DNA of 64,000 bases from a virus (IMGVR_UViG_2681813435_000006:22927-86926), one strand, 5' to 3'; counted from the first letter of the stretch, positions 1 to 9,742 are shown. Program-made: numbers and translations. The notes: generated from the letters alone by a model not told the origin.

Positions 1-653
1 AAGAAAAAGATAGAATAATAAAAGAATATAAAATCAATGGGAAAAAGCATTTGATTCAAGATGAATTAAAAAAATTAAAAGATAAATATACTACTTCAAC
101 AGCTCAATATAAAAAAGAATTGTGTTATTTAAAAGGAGAGTTTAGAGATAAGTATCTACACGACATGAAAATATGTCAAGAATATGCTTCTTTAAATAGA
201 AAAACTATGGCTGATATTATTTTAAATAAATTATTTAACCAAAGATTAAACAACTTTAATCACTTTGAAACAGTTCATAATTATATTAATTTTAAAGACA
301 ATATAATTCGTAAAGGTAGTATCTCAGCTTATAAGAACGAGAAAATATTAATACCTATTAATATGAGAGATGGTAGTATTTTAGCTGTAGGAAAAGGGAA
401 TAAAGAATGGAACTATTCAGCACCTCATGGAGCAGGAAGGTTAATGAGTAGAAATAAGGCTAAAGAATTAGTGTCAATGGAAGAATATAAAAAATCAATG
501 GAAGGGATATATTCAACGTCAGTTAATCAAGACACAATAGATGAATCTCCTATGGTTTATAAAAACATAGAGGAAATTATAGAAAATATAAAAGAAACTG
601 TTGATATTATAGATATTATTAAACCAATATATAATTTTAAAGCTTCAAAATAA
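1..653 (+). CDS. rtcB: RNA-splicing ligase RtcB, C-terminal portion (5' end lies upstream of the window)
   Basis: The reading frame is open from nt 3. The SAPHGAGRLMSRNKA segment matches the conserved RtcB HGAGR region around the nucleophilic His, about 75 aa from the C-terminus. Confidence 0.55.
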   Translation, partial: EKDRIIKEYKINGKKHLIQDELKKLKDKYTTSTAQYKKELCYLKGEFRDKYLHDMKICQEYASLNRKTMADIILNKLFNQRLNNFNHFETVHNYINFKDNIIRKGSISAYKNEKILIPINMRDGSILAVGKGNKEWNYSAPHGAGRLMSRNKAKELVSMEEYKKSMEGIYSTSVNQDTIDESPMVYKNIEEIIENIKETVDIIDIIKPIYNFKASK

Positions 654-861
654 ACAAATAATAAATATTTGAATATATAAAAATGATATAAATTTTGAAT
701 TTTATTAAGACTAATAGGTGAATAAGTAATATAAAATTATTATTGAAACATAAAAATTTACATAAGAAAACGAAAGGAGAAATTAATAATGTTTTAGTTT
801 GTATTATTTTTAATATTATTATTCATCTATCCACCTTTAGCTATGTTATTATTAATTATAG

Positions 862-1125
862 GTGTGGCAGCAAAAGTATTTTGCAAATAAAGTTAAGGAG
901 ATGATAATCATTAAAATATTAAATCAGATATTAAAAAAAGTTAAGAAAAACAAAATTGAGAATTTAAGCACCAATAGAAAAATAAAATTATCAGATAACA
1001 AAGCAATTTATTGTGAGCATTATAAAAATAATATATGTCTATTAGATAATGAAGAATGTTGTTTAAAGAAAACAAATGATGAGGGAATTACATTTGATTG
1101 TTATAAGACAGTATATGATAAATAG
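862..1125 (+). CDS. hypothetical Cys-rich small protein (start uncertain: GTG 862 or ATG 901)
   Basis: ORF in the co-directional array; several Cys pairs; no recognised motif. Confidence 0.3.
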   Translation: MWQQKYFANKVKEMIIIKILNQILKKVKKNKIENLSTNRKIKLSDNKAIYCEHYKNNICLLDNEECCLKKTNDEGITFDCYKTVYDK

Positions 1126-1142
1126 TTTAAGAGGAGATAAAG

Positions 1143-1292
1143 ATGAAATTAAAATGTATTAAAGAGGTCAAAGGATTTACAGTGGGCAGAACATATGAAT
1201 TACTGGGCTGTGCAGGAGAATGCGTTTGTTTAAAAGATGATAATGATGAACAATATACATTATTTGAAAGTTATTTTGAGATTGTAAAATAA
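1143..1292 (+). CDS. hypothetical small protein (49 aa), not in the supplied track
   Basis: ATG preceded by GAGGAG 6 nt upstream; protein MKLKCIKEVKGF...; it fills an otherwise empty gap. Confidence 0.35.
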   Translation: MKLKCIKEVKGFTVGRTYELLGCAGECVCLKDDNDEQYTLFESYFEIVK

Positions 1293-1303
1293 GTTAAAGG
1301 AAG

Positions 1304-1789
1304 GTGTTGCTTATGATAAAAGCAGAATTGATTGATAAAAGAGGCTATCCAATAGCAATAGTAAGACAAGTGCATGATTGGACACATAGTTTTGGTGGAT
1401 TTATAACATTAACAACATCATGGAATGTATCTACAAATGAAGTTGGAGAAGAAGATTTTTTAGCTACTTGTTCAATTAAATGGGATGGCTGTAGCCATTT
1501 TGGGTATAATGGGCAAGACTATCTTTTCCAAGATACAGATTGTTATTATCATGAATGTGGCTTAAATGAATATTATAAAGTTTTTGTAGCTAAATTGTTT
1601 GCATTTGAGGTAGCTAAACATTATATGAAAGATACTGTTAAAAATATTGAGAAACATATGGATAATGATTTATATGATAATACAATTGATAAAGTTAATA
1701 TTTTAGATTTTTATACAATTAAATACTCAGAAATTGATGAAGAAAATGATGTTATTTATCAATTGTATTTAGAAAAAGAAAATCCATAG
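1304..1789 (+). CDS. hypothetical protein
   Basis: 161-aa ORF with RBS AAGGAAGG upstream; no recognised motif. Confidence 0.45.
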   Translation: MLLMIKAELIDKRGYPIAIVRQVHDWTHSFGGFITLTTSWNVSTNEVGEEDFLATCSIKWDGCSHFGYNGQDYLFQDTDCYYHECGLNEYYKVFVAKLFAFEVAKHYMKDTVKNIEKHMDNDLYDNTIDKVNILDFYTIKYSEIDEENDVIYQLYLEKENP

Positions 1790-1836
1790 TAAAATAATTT
1801 AAAACACTTGTTTTATTATAAGTAATATGTAAGGAG

Positions 1837-2145
1837 GTGGCTATGGTTATGTTTGAAGATATTATAGAAGATGAAATGGAAAAATTAAGAGAAATGGTTA
1901 AAGATAAAAAATTATTAAATAATAAAGCCAATAATTTTTTACGTGATTATGATTGGGAAGATGATTTTTCACATAATGATATAGGAAAAATGCAAGAAGC
2001 ATTTATAATACAAGCTAAAGAATATTTAAAGGAACAATGTAAAAATAAATATATAATTTATTGTGATTGGTGTGTTCATATATGTGGCATAGAATTTTTT
2101 AATAAATATCTAAAAGAGAATCTTCATAGGTATGAAATTTGTTAA
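1837..2145 (+). CDS. hypothetical protein
   Basis: ORF with AAGGAGG RBS; C-terminal Cys/His pairs. Confidence 0.45.
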   Translation: MAMVMFEDIIEDEMEKLREMVKDKKLLNNKANNFLRDYDWEDDFSHNDIGKMQEAFIIQAKEYLKEQCKNKYIIYCDWCVHICGIEFFNKYLKENLHRYEIC

Positions 2146-2187
2146 ATAAATATTTAAAGGTAAAGAAATATAAAATAATTTAAAAGG

Positions 2188-2535
2188 TTGTGTTTTAATA
2201 TGATAAATTTAGAATCAGCTAAGATTATTGTTAATTATTTAAAAAAGAATGGAAAAATTCTTTATAGAAATAATGTAGATGTATTTGGAGATGAGGAAAT
2301 AGTTTATTTATACAATACAGAAAATGATAGAGACAAACATATTGAGGAAATGAAAGAAAACGGTTGGGAATATGATATAGATTTTCAAAAAGATAAAGAA
2401 GGTGTATATGTAGATTATTATCATATGAAAGATGATATTTACGTATTAAGAGCTTGGTTTAATAGGAGGAACGATACAGATATAGTTAAATGGTATAAGG
2501 AGAAGATAAAATATGATTACTATAAAAGGGATTAA
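2188..2535 (+). CDS. hypothetical protein
   Basis: ORF in the array; no motif. Confidence 0.4.
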   Translation: MCFNMINLESAKIIVNYLKKNGKILYRNNVDVFGDEEIVYLYNTENDRDKHIEEMKENGWEYDIDFQKDKEGVYVDYYHMKDDIYVLRAWFNRRNDTDIVKWYKEKIKYDYYKRD

Positions 2536-3061
2536 AGCCACAGTTGTATTTGATCCACGTATTTTAGATAATAAAATAAAGAGAGAATTTGATACATGTC
2601 CTTATTCTTGTAAAACATACGATGATAAAAGAATAAAATATTTAAAATATAAAATAGATAAAATGAAATACAATATAAAAGCAAAAGCAAGTGGTAAATT
2701 TGGTGATAATATATATTATATAGTACATACTTGTAAGATATATCATGAATATGTTTTACATAGGTTAGATATAGAGATTCCTATTCATTTATTCAAAGGT
2801 GATAAAATACAAATTAATAAAAATAATAAAATTACTATTGATAAAGTAAGTTATGAGAATGGGAATATTATTTATTATACCAATGATATTATTGAATTTA
2901 TAAATAATGATAAAGAATATTTTGATAAAACTATAGAAAAAGCTGAACAAAAATACAAAGAGAAATATAAAGAATTAGAAATTGAATTACAACAATTATT
3001 AGAAGAACGAGAAAATAAAAAGATTAAAAACAAAATACTAAAATTCTTACATAGGATTTAA
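2513..3061 (+). CDS. hypothetical protein
   Basis: Its start overlaps the upstream stop and is preceded by RBS AAGGAG; coiled-coil-like C-terminus. Confidence 0.4.
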   Translation: MITIKGIKATVVFDPRILDNKIKREFDTCPYSCKTYDDKRIKYLKYKIDKMKYNIKAKASGKFGDNIYYIVHTCKIYHEYVLHRLDIEIPIHLFKGDKIQINKNNKITIDKVSYENGNIIYYTNDIIEFINNDKEYFDKTIEKAEQKYKEKYKELEIELQQLLEERENKKIKNKILKFLHRI

Positions 3062-3134
3062 AACCATTATTTTATTAAAATGAGATTTTAATGTATAATA
3101 AATGTCAAAAGTGATGTTTTAAAGGGGTGAGAAT

Positions 3135-3428
3135 ATGAGTTTACTTACTTTAAATATTGTAATAGGAGCAATGGCTTTTATAATAAATAAAATAAATAAT
3201 ATGAATCAAAACATAGACCCATTTGAAGCTTTTAACTCAATACAAGAAAGTTTAGAGGAACTGGATAATGAAAAGTTGACCAATTTTGTTAATGGATTAA
3301 TAAATACTAGTATGTCTAATCCATTAATAGGTTACTTTTTTATATTTTTAGTATATATGACACCTATTTTAAATTTATTATTGCTAATTAAAGGGATAGT
3401 AAATTATTTTAAAAAGGAAGATGATTAA
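3135..3428 (+). CDS. hypothetical small membrane protein
   Basis: Two hydrophobic segments; RBS AAGGGGTGAG. Confidence 0.4.
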   Translation: MSLLTLNIVIGAMAFIINKINNMNQNIDPFEAFNSIQESLEELDNEKLTNFVNGLINTSMSNPLIGYFFIFLVYMTPILNLLLLIKGIVNYFKKEDD

Positions 3429-3660
3429 TATGATAATAAACTGTGAAAAATTTGATATTTGTAAAACAGATAAAAGGAGTGATTTTTGTAAATATTGTAT
3501 ACATAACAAATCAAAGGTTGAGATAATATACAAAGATTACTTCGACTATAGTACAGAAAAAATGTTTAGAGAAATATTTAAAACTGCAAGTGAAATTGGG
3601 GTATCAGAAGAAGACATAAAAAAATATTTAGACATAATGACAATTGATAAGGAAAATTAA
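3421..3660 (+). CDS. hypothetical protein
   Basis: Overlaps the upstream stop; CxxC pair. Confidence 0.35.
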   Translation: MINMIINCEKFDICKTDKRSDFCKYCIHNKSKVEIIYKDYFDYSTEKMFREIFKTASEIGVSEEDIKKYLDIMTIDKEN

Positions 3661-3714
3661 AATTTCATTAATTTAAAATAATTTAATAAATGATAATGCA
3701 AAAGGGGCGATTAG

Positions 3715-4227
3715 ATGAATACTGAAGAAACAATAAATAAGAAGTTTGTAGAAAGAAATGAATATCCAATTTGGTATTACAAAGAGTTAGAATCAGTAGA
3801 TGTCGATTATGTAATTTGGAATTTACTAAAAAAGAAATTCGTAGTAGAAACAGAAGGTAGTAAACATGAAATATTGTTTGGTAAAAATAAAGATGATGAA
3901 ATAGGACAATACATAAGATATGATGAGATTAAAAATTCTAATTTAACTTCTTATAAAGTAGTAGAAAGAGGATTTAGAGAAGGTAAATGGTTTATAATTA
4001 CAGACAAAAATACATCAGATGAATTTAAAGCTGATTATAATAAGAGAAAAGCAGAGTTTAAAAAAGAAGAATCTAAAGAATTTTATAGACATATATTAAA
4101 AAATGCTATAAGAAGTATGAAAGAATTAAGTGAAGAAGATAGGGATAAACATATGCAATTCTTAGACAATACTTCTTATGAAGAATTAGAAAAATTATTT
4201 GACACTTTAATGAAAAATACAAAATAA
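3715..4227 (+). CDS. hypothetical protein
   Basis: Preceded by the AAAATAATTTAATAA motif and RBS AAAGGGG. Confidence 0.45.
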   Translation: MNTEETINKKFVERNEYPIWYYKELESVDVDYVIWNLLKKKFVVETEGSKHEILFGKNKDDEIGQYIRYDEIKNSNLTSYKVVERGFREGKWFIITDKNTSDEFKADYNKRKAEFKKEESKEFYRHILKNAIRSMKELSEEDRDKHMQFLDNTSYEELEKLFDTLMKNTK

Positions 4228-4248
4228 ATTAAAGAGGGGATATTTTAA

Positions 4249-4881
4249 ATGGAGAACAATGATACTTTAAGAGAATTGTGTATTAAACAAGGATATGTAC
4301 CATCAAAATGCAAACTAACAGGAGTATTAATAATGGGATTGATCCAAAGAGGTGAAAATCCTTGTTGGGGTTGTAATCATAATAGGAATGAGTGTGGTGG
4401 ATGTCCTAAAAAATTACTTAACCCAAATGAACAAGAATATTTTAATCAATGGGAGAAGGAAAAGAAAGAATTACTGAAAAAAGAAGAAAGAAAAGTAAAA
4501 CGACTAAATAATAAATCAAATGAATTAATAATGGATATATCAACAGGAAGAGAATACCGAGGATATTATACATATATAAGCATAAAAGATAGAATGGAAG
4601 AAAAATGTTATTCTATAAAGCTAAGTGAAAATTTAAATGAATGTAGTAAAATAGCAGCTATGTTTATTGAAAAATTTAAAATTAAGGAAGTTCATATAGG
4701 TGTAATGGGCATTGAAAGAAATTTATATGACTGCTTATTATATAACTTAGAAATACATAATATAGATTGGTGTGATGTAATAGGGTTTACATATAAAAGA
4801 TTAGATTTTGATACAGACATAAATAGCTATAGTGAAGAAAGTAATAATAACGAAGAATTTCAATTTATCAATTTTAGTTAA
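4249..4881 (+). CDS. hypothetical Cys-rich protein
   Basis: RBS AGAGGGG; a cluster of 7 Cys (CWGCNHNRNECGGCPKK). Confidence 0.45.
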   Translation: MENNDTLRELCIKQGYVPSKCKLTGVLIMGLIQRGENPCWGCNHNRNECGGCPKKLLNPNEQEYFNQWEKEKKELLKKEERKVKRLNNKSNELIMDISTGREYRGYYTYISIKDRMEEKCYSIKLSENLNECSKIAAMFIEKFKIKEVHIGVMGIERNLYDCLLYNLEIHNIDWCDVIGFTYKRLDFDTDINSYSEESNNNEEFQFINFS

Positions 4882-4966
4882 AATGAGGATTTTATAATAA
4901 TATAAAATAATTTAACAAAGACATAAACAAATAATTTAAAATACGAATTTAGAAAGGATGATTTAC

Positions 4967-5173
4967 ATGGCTAAAAGTGTAGAAATAAGTATTTTAGGAA
5001 TGAAGCAACTTCGACTTGAAGAAAGTAGAAGTACAGTTAAAGGGGCATTGGTAAAAAATATAGATACTTCTGTAATTACTGAAGAAAGAAAAATTATTTT
5101 AAACGATGAAAACAATAAAGTATTGAGTGAAATTTACTTACCCAATAATGCACTTGTAATAGTTGATAAATAA
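4967..5173 (+). CDS. hypothetical protein
   Basis: The second in-frame ATG has proper spacing from RBS AAAGGA; the track's 4958 start abuts the RBS. Confidence 0.35.
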   Translation: MAKSVEISILGMKQLRLEESRSTVKGALVKNIDTSVITEERKIILNDENNKVLSEIYLPNNALVIVDK

Positions 5174-5225
5174 TTCGTGGTTCAAAGACTAATTATATTA
5201 TGAATAATAATTTGGAAATATAAAT

Positions 5226-5476
5226 ATGGAAAAAGGTGTTTGGTATACAGACTAATATAATTTACAACAAAGATTTTTTACTAAATGATTTACCAAATGA
5301 AAGTGTGAATTTAATAGTAACAACCCACCATATAAAACAATTACTGTGGAAATAGCAATGGAGCTAATTCAGAAAGACATAAGGGGATGTTGGATGGAAA
5401 TAGAAAATACATAGGCTATGAGATTGATAAAGAATATTATGATATTGGAATACATAGATTAAATAATTTAAAATAA
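5226..5476 (+). pseudogene. Decayed N6A/N4C DNA methyltransferase remnant (frameshifted N-terminus fused to a C-terminal fragment)
   Basis: Frame 1 gives MEKGVWYTD then a stop; frame 2 gives IYNKDFLLNDLPNESVNLIVT, the N-terminal motif of amino-MTases. Restoring a single missing G after GTAACA reads VTDPPYK, the motif IV DPPY. The downstream frame gives ...GMLDGNRKYIGYEIDKEYYDIGIHRLNNLK, the typical C-terminus. The roughly 200-aa central part is absent. Confidence 0.5.
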
Positions 5477-5533
5477 TTTAATAATTGCTTAGCTAAAGAT
5501 TTAGGTATAAAATTTAATGGATTAAGAAAGGAT

Positions 5534-5773
5534 GTGAGTATAATGATAAAAGGTTGGGAATTATCAAAGTTAATATATTTAGGCGAAATTACAGACAAAA
5601 CTATAATAGATGTTTACATAGATAAAAAAAAGTGTGATGAATTTATTTATTATGAAAATGGAGGATTAAGATATCTTCATGACTCAAAATATTTCCCCAG
5701 GATAATATACAAAGATAAAGAAGTTGCTTCTAGCTTTTTGTTTGGTGAGAGATTTCATTATGTGATTAAATAA
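5534..5773 (+). CDS. hypothetical protein
   Basis: RBS AAAGGATG; no motif. Confidence 0.35.
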   Translation: MSIMIKGWELSKLIYLGEITDKTIIDVYIDKKKCDEFIYYENGGLRYLHDSKYFPRIIYKDKEVASSFLFGERFHYVIK

Positions 5774-5869
5774 ACAGCTATTATAAAAGATGTATCAATT
5801 TAAAATAAACATTTTATCATAAATAAAAAATAATTCGATAAAACAAAAGGAGAACTTGCAAGTAATAAA

Positions 5870-5893
5870 GTGTAGCTACACCTCCTAAAGGAG
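5870..5893 (+). promoter_or_regulatory. 12-bp perfect palindrome GTGTAGCTACAC followed by a CTCC-TAAA-GGAG hairpin that pairs the RBS of the 5904 gene
   Basis: Read directly from the sequence; the anti-SD CTCC lies 4 nt upstream of the GGAG used as SD. Confidence 0.35.
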
Positions 5894-5903
5894 TAGGTAT
5901 AAA

Positions 5904-7604
5904 ATGAAAAAAGTATTTTTAAATAATTTACCTAAAAAATATAGATTGGGAAAAGAAATAATAGATTGGAAAAATTCAATAGGATCAATAATTCCATTTA
6001 TTTATGATAATATTAATGGCGAATTTAAAATAATTAGTTATGATGGAAGAAAAATTTGCTTGATGTATAATAAAAATTTAAATTTTATAGATAGAGCAAG
6101 TTTAATAGAAAATAAAATAAGCAAATTAATAACTTTAAACCCAAAAATAACTACTGAAAACGGATATATAGATGTTAGTGAAGTTGGTAACACAAAACAA
6201 GGTGTTAATTGGACAAACTCTATTAATAAAAAAATTAAATTTAAATGTGAAGATATAATAGGAGAATTAAAAGTATTAAATTATGATTCGAAAAATCAAC
6301 AATTAAAAATTATTTATAATAGTAAAACTTTTATGATTACAACACAAACACTGTTAACAGGTAAGTTAAATGTTATATTAGGAAAAAGAACAGATGAATA
6401 CATATATAATAAAGAAGATATTGTTAAAGGTGTAAAAATTATAAATTATATTAAAGTGAAAAATGGGGAACAAGCTCCTCGGAAAGGATATAACTATAAA
6501 TGTTTAAAATGTGGTTATATTGGAAAAACATCAGAAGCTCATTTAAAAGATAATAGAGGTATATGCCCTGTATGTTGTATTCCTTGTAGAAAAGTAGTAA
6601 GAGGAATAAATGACATTGCTACAACGCATCCGTATTTAACAAAATATTTTGTAAATATAGAAGACATTTATAAATATAGTTATTCGAGTAATAAAAAAAT
6701 TTTAATGATGTGTCCAGATTGTGGATATAAAAAAAAGATGAAAATAAGTCACTTATACATATACGGATTTTCTTGTTCAAAATGTAGCGATGGAAAATCT
6801 TATGGTGAAAAATTTGTTTTTAATGTTTTAAATCAACTACATATAGAATTTGAAATAGAAAAAGAGTTTGAATGGAGTAAAAATATTAAATGTCAAAATT
6901 CTAAACTGAATGGAAATAAAAGGTATGATTTTTTTATACCATCAATAAATTGTATAATAGAAACACATGGAGGTCAACATTATAGATATACAGGCAGAGG
7001 TCGTTCTTTAGAATTAGAACAACAAAATGATAGATTAAAAAAAGACTTAGCTGTAGCTAATGGTGTGAAACATGAAAAATACATAGTAATTAATACTAGT
7101 AATATAGGATTGGATATAATAAAACAAAATTTATTAAAATCTCAATTGTCTAAGATTTTTAATTTAAATAAAATAAATTGGTATGAATGTGAAAAGTTTG
7201 CTTTATCAAATAGAGTAAAAGAAATTTGTACATATTGGGAAAATGGAATACATAGCACAAAAGATATAGCTATAAAATCTAAATTATCAAGAGGTACTGT
7301 CATACGATATTTAAAAATCGGAAGTAAAATTAATTGGTGCAATTATAATCCTAAGCAAGAAATAAGAAGTAATAGTCGAAAGGTCGGTGGTAAAAATGCC
7401 AGAACTATAATTTGTTTAACTACTAATGAAATTTTTAATTCTATAGTAAGTGCTGAAAAAAAATATTTATTGACTAAAAGCAAAGTGAGTTCGTGCTGCA
7501 AAGGAGAAAGAAAATCAACAGGTATACATCCAATTACAGGAGAAAATTTAAAATGGATGTATTACGAGGATTATTTGAAATTACATAACAAGAAAATAAG
7601 TTAA
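5904..7604 (+). CDS. Free-standing homing-endonuclease-like protein: repeated zinc ribbons, Vsr/DUF559-like nuclease core and NUMOD-type HTH DNA-binding tail
   Basis: Two CxxC...CxxC ribbons (CLKCGY...CPVCC; CPDCGY...CSKCS). An RYDFFIP...IIETHGGQHY motif resembles the D...(I/V)E(V)DG..H of Vsr/DUF559 endonucleases. C-terminal HSTKDIAIKSKLSRGTVIRYL and IICLTTNEIFNSIVSAEKK...GENLKWMY resemble NUMOD1/3 modules of I-TevI-type HEs. Confidence 0.45.
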   Translation: MKKVFLNNLPKKYRLGKEIIDWKNSIGSIIPFIYDNINGEFKIISYDGRKICLMYNKNLNFIDRASLIENKISKLITLNPKITTENGYIDVSEVGNTKQGVNWTNSINKKIKFKCEDIIGELKVLNYDSKNQQLKIIYNSKTFMITTQTLLTGKLNVILGKRTDEYIYNKEDIVKGVKIINYIKVKNGEQAPRKGYNYKCLKCGYIGKTSEAHLKDNRGICPVCCIPCRKVVRGINDIATTHPYLTKYFVNIEDIYKYSYSSNKKILMMCPDCGYKKKMKISHLYIYGFSCSKCSDGKSYGEKFVFNVLNQLHIEFEIEKEFEWSKNIKCQNSKLNGNKRYDFFIPSINCIIETHGGQHYRYTGRGRSLELEQQNDRLKKDLAVANGVKHEKYIVINTSNIGLDIIKQNLLKSQLSKIFNLNKINWYECEKFALSNRVKEICTYWENGIHSTKDIAIKSKLSRGTVIRYLKIGSKINWCNYNPKQEIRSNSRKVGGKNARTIICLTTNEIFNSIVSAEKKYLLTKSKVSSCCKGERKSTGIHPITGENLKWMYYEDYLKLHNKKIS

Positions 7605-7677
7605 TTTAAAATCTAGTTTTTATATTAATTAAAAACAAGTTAATAAAACAATAAACTAGGAAGAAAAGGAGATATGA

Positions 7678-8499
7678 ATGATTACTATAAAATTAAAAAA
7701 CAGTGAAAAAATAAATGATTGTGATAAAAGTTTATTTGTTAGCTTCTTTTACAATCCTGATATAATTAAAGGGATAAAAACAATTAAACCTAGACATTAT
7801 CATTTTGAAACAAAAGAATGGGAACTTTCACAAGAATCTATACATAAACTAATAGAATTGTTTGGAAAAGATAATTTAAACATAGATGAAGAAGTTGATC
7901 TAAATTATACTAAAAAAGAAGTTAAGTTATATAATGATTGTAAATGGAGTATATTTAATCCTTTATTAAAAACTTTACCAGAAGATATATATAACTTTAC
8001 AATAGAAGTTCTAAATAAAGTGCCAAACTATTTTTATATAGAACCAGCATCTACTTCAGGAAGGCATCATCCTACGTATTCTTTAGGTAAAGGAGGTTTA
8101 TCAAGACATACTTTATCATCAGGATTAATAGCTTTAGAATTATTTAGAAATAATACTATATGTAGGAGCTTTAGTAATAGGGAAAAATCCTTGATGTTAT
8201 CTGCTATTATTTTACATGATACCTTTAAACAAGGCTTAGAAGGTGGTAAATATGAAATAGAACATCCTACTATAGCTAGTGATTTTATAAGAAACATGAA
8301 TCAAAATGTATTACCTAAAGAAGATGTAAATATTATATGTGATTGTATTGCTACCCATATGGGTGAATGGGTAATGGATTTTAAAACAAAGCAAGAAGTT
8401 TTAGATAAGCCTGTAACAGAAATGCAGAAATTTGTACACTTATGTGATTATTTAAGTAGTCGAAAGTTATTGGAGATTAATTTTAATGCAGTTGAATAG
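7678..8499 (+). CDS. HD-domain metal-dependent phosphohydrolase
   Basis: RHHPTYSL ... LSAIILHDTFK gives the H...HD signature spacing. Confidence 0.5.
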   Translation: MITIKLKNSEKINDCDKSLFVSFFYNPDIIKGIKTIKPRHYHFETKEWELSQESIHKLIELFGKDNLNIDEEVDLNYTKKEVKLYNDCKWSIFNPLLKTLPEDIYNFTIEVLNKVPNYFYIEPASTSGRHHPTYSLGKGGLSRHTLSSGLIALELFRNNTICRSFSNREKSLMLSAIILHDTFKQGLEGGKYEIEHPTIASDFIRNMNQNVLPKEDVNIICDCIATHMGEWVMDFKTKQEVLDKPVTEMQKFVHLCDYLSSRKLLEINFNAVE

Positions 8500-8515
8500 T
8501 AATTTATTGTATGAC

Positions 8516-8544
8516 TTGACAAATGCAAAACAATTTGGTAATAT
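8516..8544 (+). promoter_or_regulatory. sigmaA-type promoter TTGACA-N17-TAATAT
   Basis: Consensus -35, 17-nt spacer containing AAAACAATTTGG, near-consensus -10. Confidence 0.5.
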
Positions 8545-8611
8545 ATAATTATAAGATAAACGCATTGATTTGTAGGATTTATCTTAAAAAATATTACAAA
8601 TACAAAACAAT

Positions 8612-8640
8612 TTGACAAGGTTAAAATAACATGATATACT
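8612..8640 (+). promoter_or_regulatory. second tandem sigmaA-type promoter TTGACA-N17-TATACT
   Basis: Read directly; 50 nt upstream of the 8693 gene. Confidence 0.45.
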
Positions 8641-8692
8641 AAAATAGTAAGATAAATGAAAAACAACAATTAATTAAACGGAGGGGTAAAGC

Positions 8693-9412
8693 ATGAATAA
8701 AGATAAAATTTTTCAATTAGGCGATGATATAGAAATATCATTAACAGATGGCAAAGAAAATGAAATATTTAAGTTTAATTCAAAAGACCATGATAAGAAA
8801 ATGGAGAATAAAAAGTTAAATGAAGCAGAAAAGACATTAATGAAAATTATAAACAACACTTGGGATGAAGCGATTGCAGAAATAAGAGATAAAAATAAAA
8901 AAACAGAATTCAAAAATAATGAAATGAATAGAATTAGAATAGATTCAATGGCTAAAGGATTAGATAAAGAAAAAATAGCCGTAGATAATAGAGAAGATTT
9001 AAACAGATATGATATAGTAAAAATAATAGATGGTGAATACAAAGGTTTATCAAATAAAGAATGTAAGTTTTTAGATTATGTAAAGACTATAGACAAAGTA
9101 TTAATACAAACAGATGAGTTTAATAGATTGTATGTTAATCCAGAAGATGTAGAATTGGTGAGAAAAGCAATTACTCAATATGATATAAAATATAGTAAAA
9201 ATTTAAGTGATATAGCATCAATAGTAATTATAGATGACATAATAGTAAAAAATAGAGGCGGTGAAAAACTAAATTTACTCGTACAAACAGAAGATAAGAT
9301 AAAAATATATTGTAATGATAAAATTAACATAATGTCATATTATCATATAGTAAATAATTTAAATCAGAAAGCAAAGGAAAATATTAAAATAATAAAATTT
9401 TGGGAGGAATAA
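8693..9412 (+). CDS. hypothetical protein
   Basis: RBS GGAGGGG; charged, no motif. Confidence 0.45.
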   Translation: MNKDKIFQLGDDIEISLTDGKENEIFKFNSKDHDKKMENKKLNEAEKTLMKIINNTWDEAIAEIRDKNKKTEFKNNEMNRIRIDSMAKGLDKEKIAVDNREDLNRYDIVKIIDGEYKGLSNKECKFLDYVKTIDKVLIQTDEFNRLYVNPEDVELVRKAITQYDIKYSKNLSDIASIVIIDDIIVKNRGGEKLNLLVQTEDKIKIYCNDKINIMSYYHIVNNLNQKAKENIKIIKFWEE

Positions 9413-9413
9413 G

Positions 9414-9698
9414 ATGTTAGATTTAGAGGACTTAAAGTTAGTTCAAAAGAAAGGAAAAAAAGCCTTTAAACTAGACTATGAAAAGAAAAATGAGAAATTA
9501 ATACAGCAAATAGAAAAAGACTTTATTAAGAGCTTAGAAAGGAATGATGAGTATTTCGAGCTAGATATAAATAATTATGAAGACTTTAAAAAGACCGAGG
9601 AAAATTTTATGAATCTGAAAAAGTATTTAGAAGCTAAAGGGTTCACTACATATTTCCCAAACAATGATTTAATAAATGTATATATGAATAAAGAATAA
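9414..9698 (+). CDS. hypothetical protein
   Basis: Starts 2 nt after the upstream stop (translational coupling). Confidence 0.4.
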   Translation: MLDLEDLKLVQKKGKKAFKLDYEKKNEKLIQQIEKDFIKSLERNDEYFELDINNYEDFKKTEENFMNLKKYLEAKGFTTYFPNNDLINVYMNKE

Positions 9699-9742
9699 GC
9701 AAATATAAAACAATTTGATACAATATTTAAGGGAGCGTGTAA

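Noticed and set aside
8558-8592. Hairpin TAAGATAAA-N17-TTTATCTTA between the two tandem promoters at 8516 and 8612
   Set aside because: The stem is AT-only with no downstream T-run. It is weak evidence for a terminator or operator, so it was not annotated as a feature.
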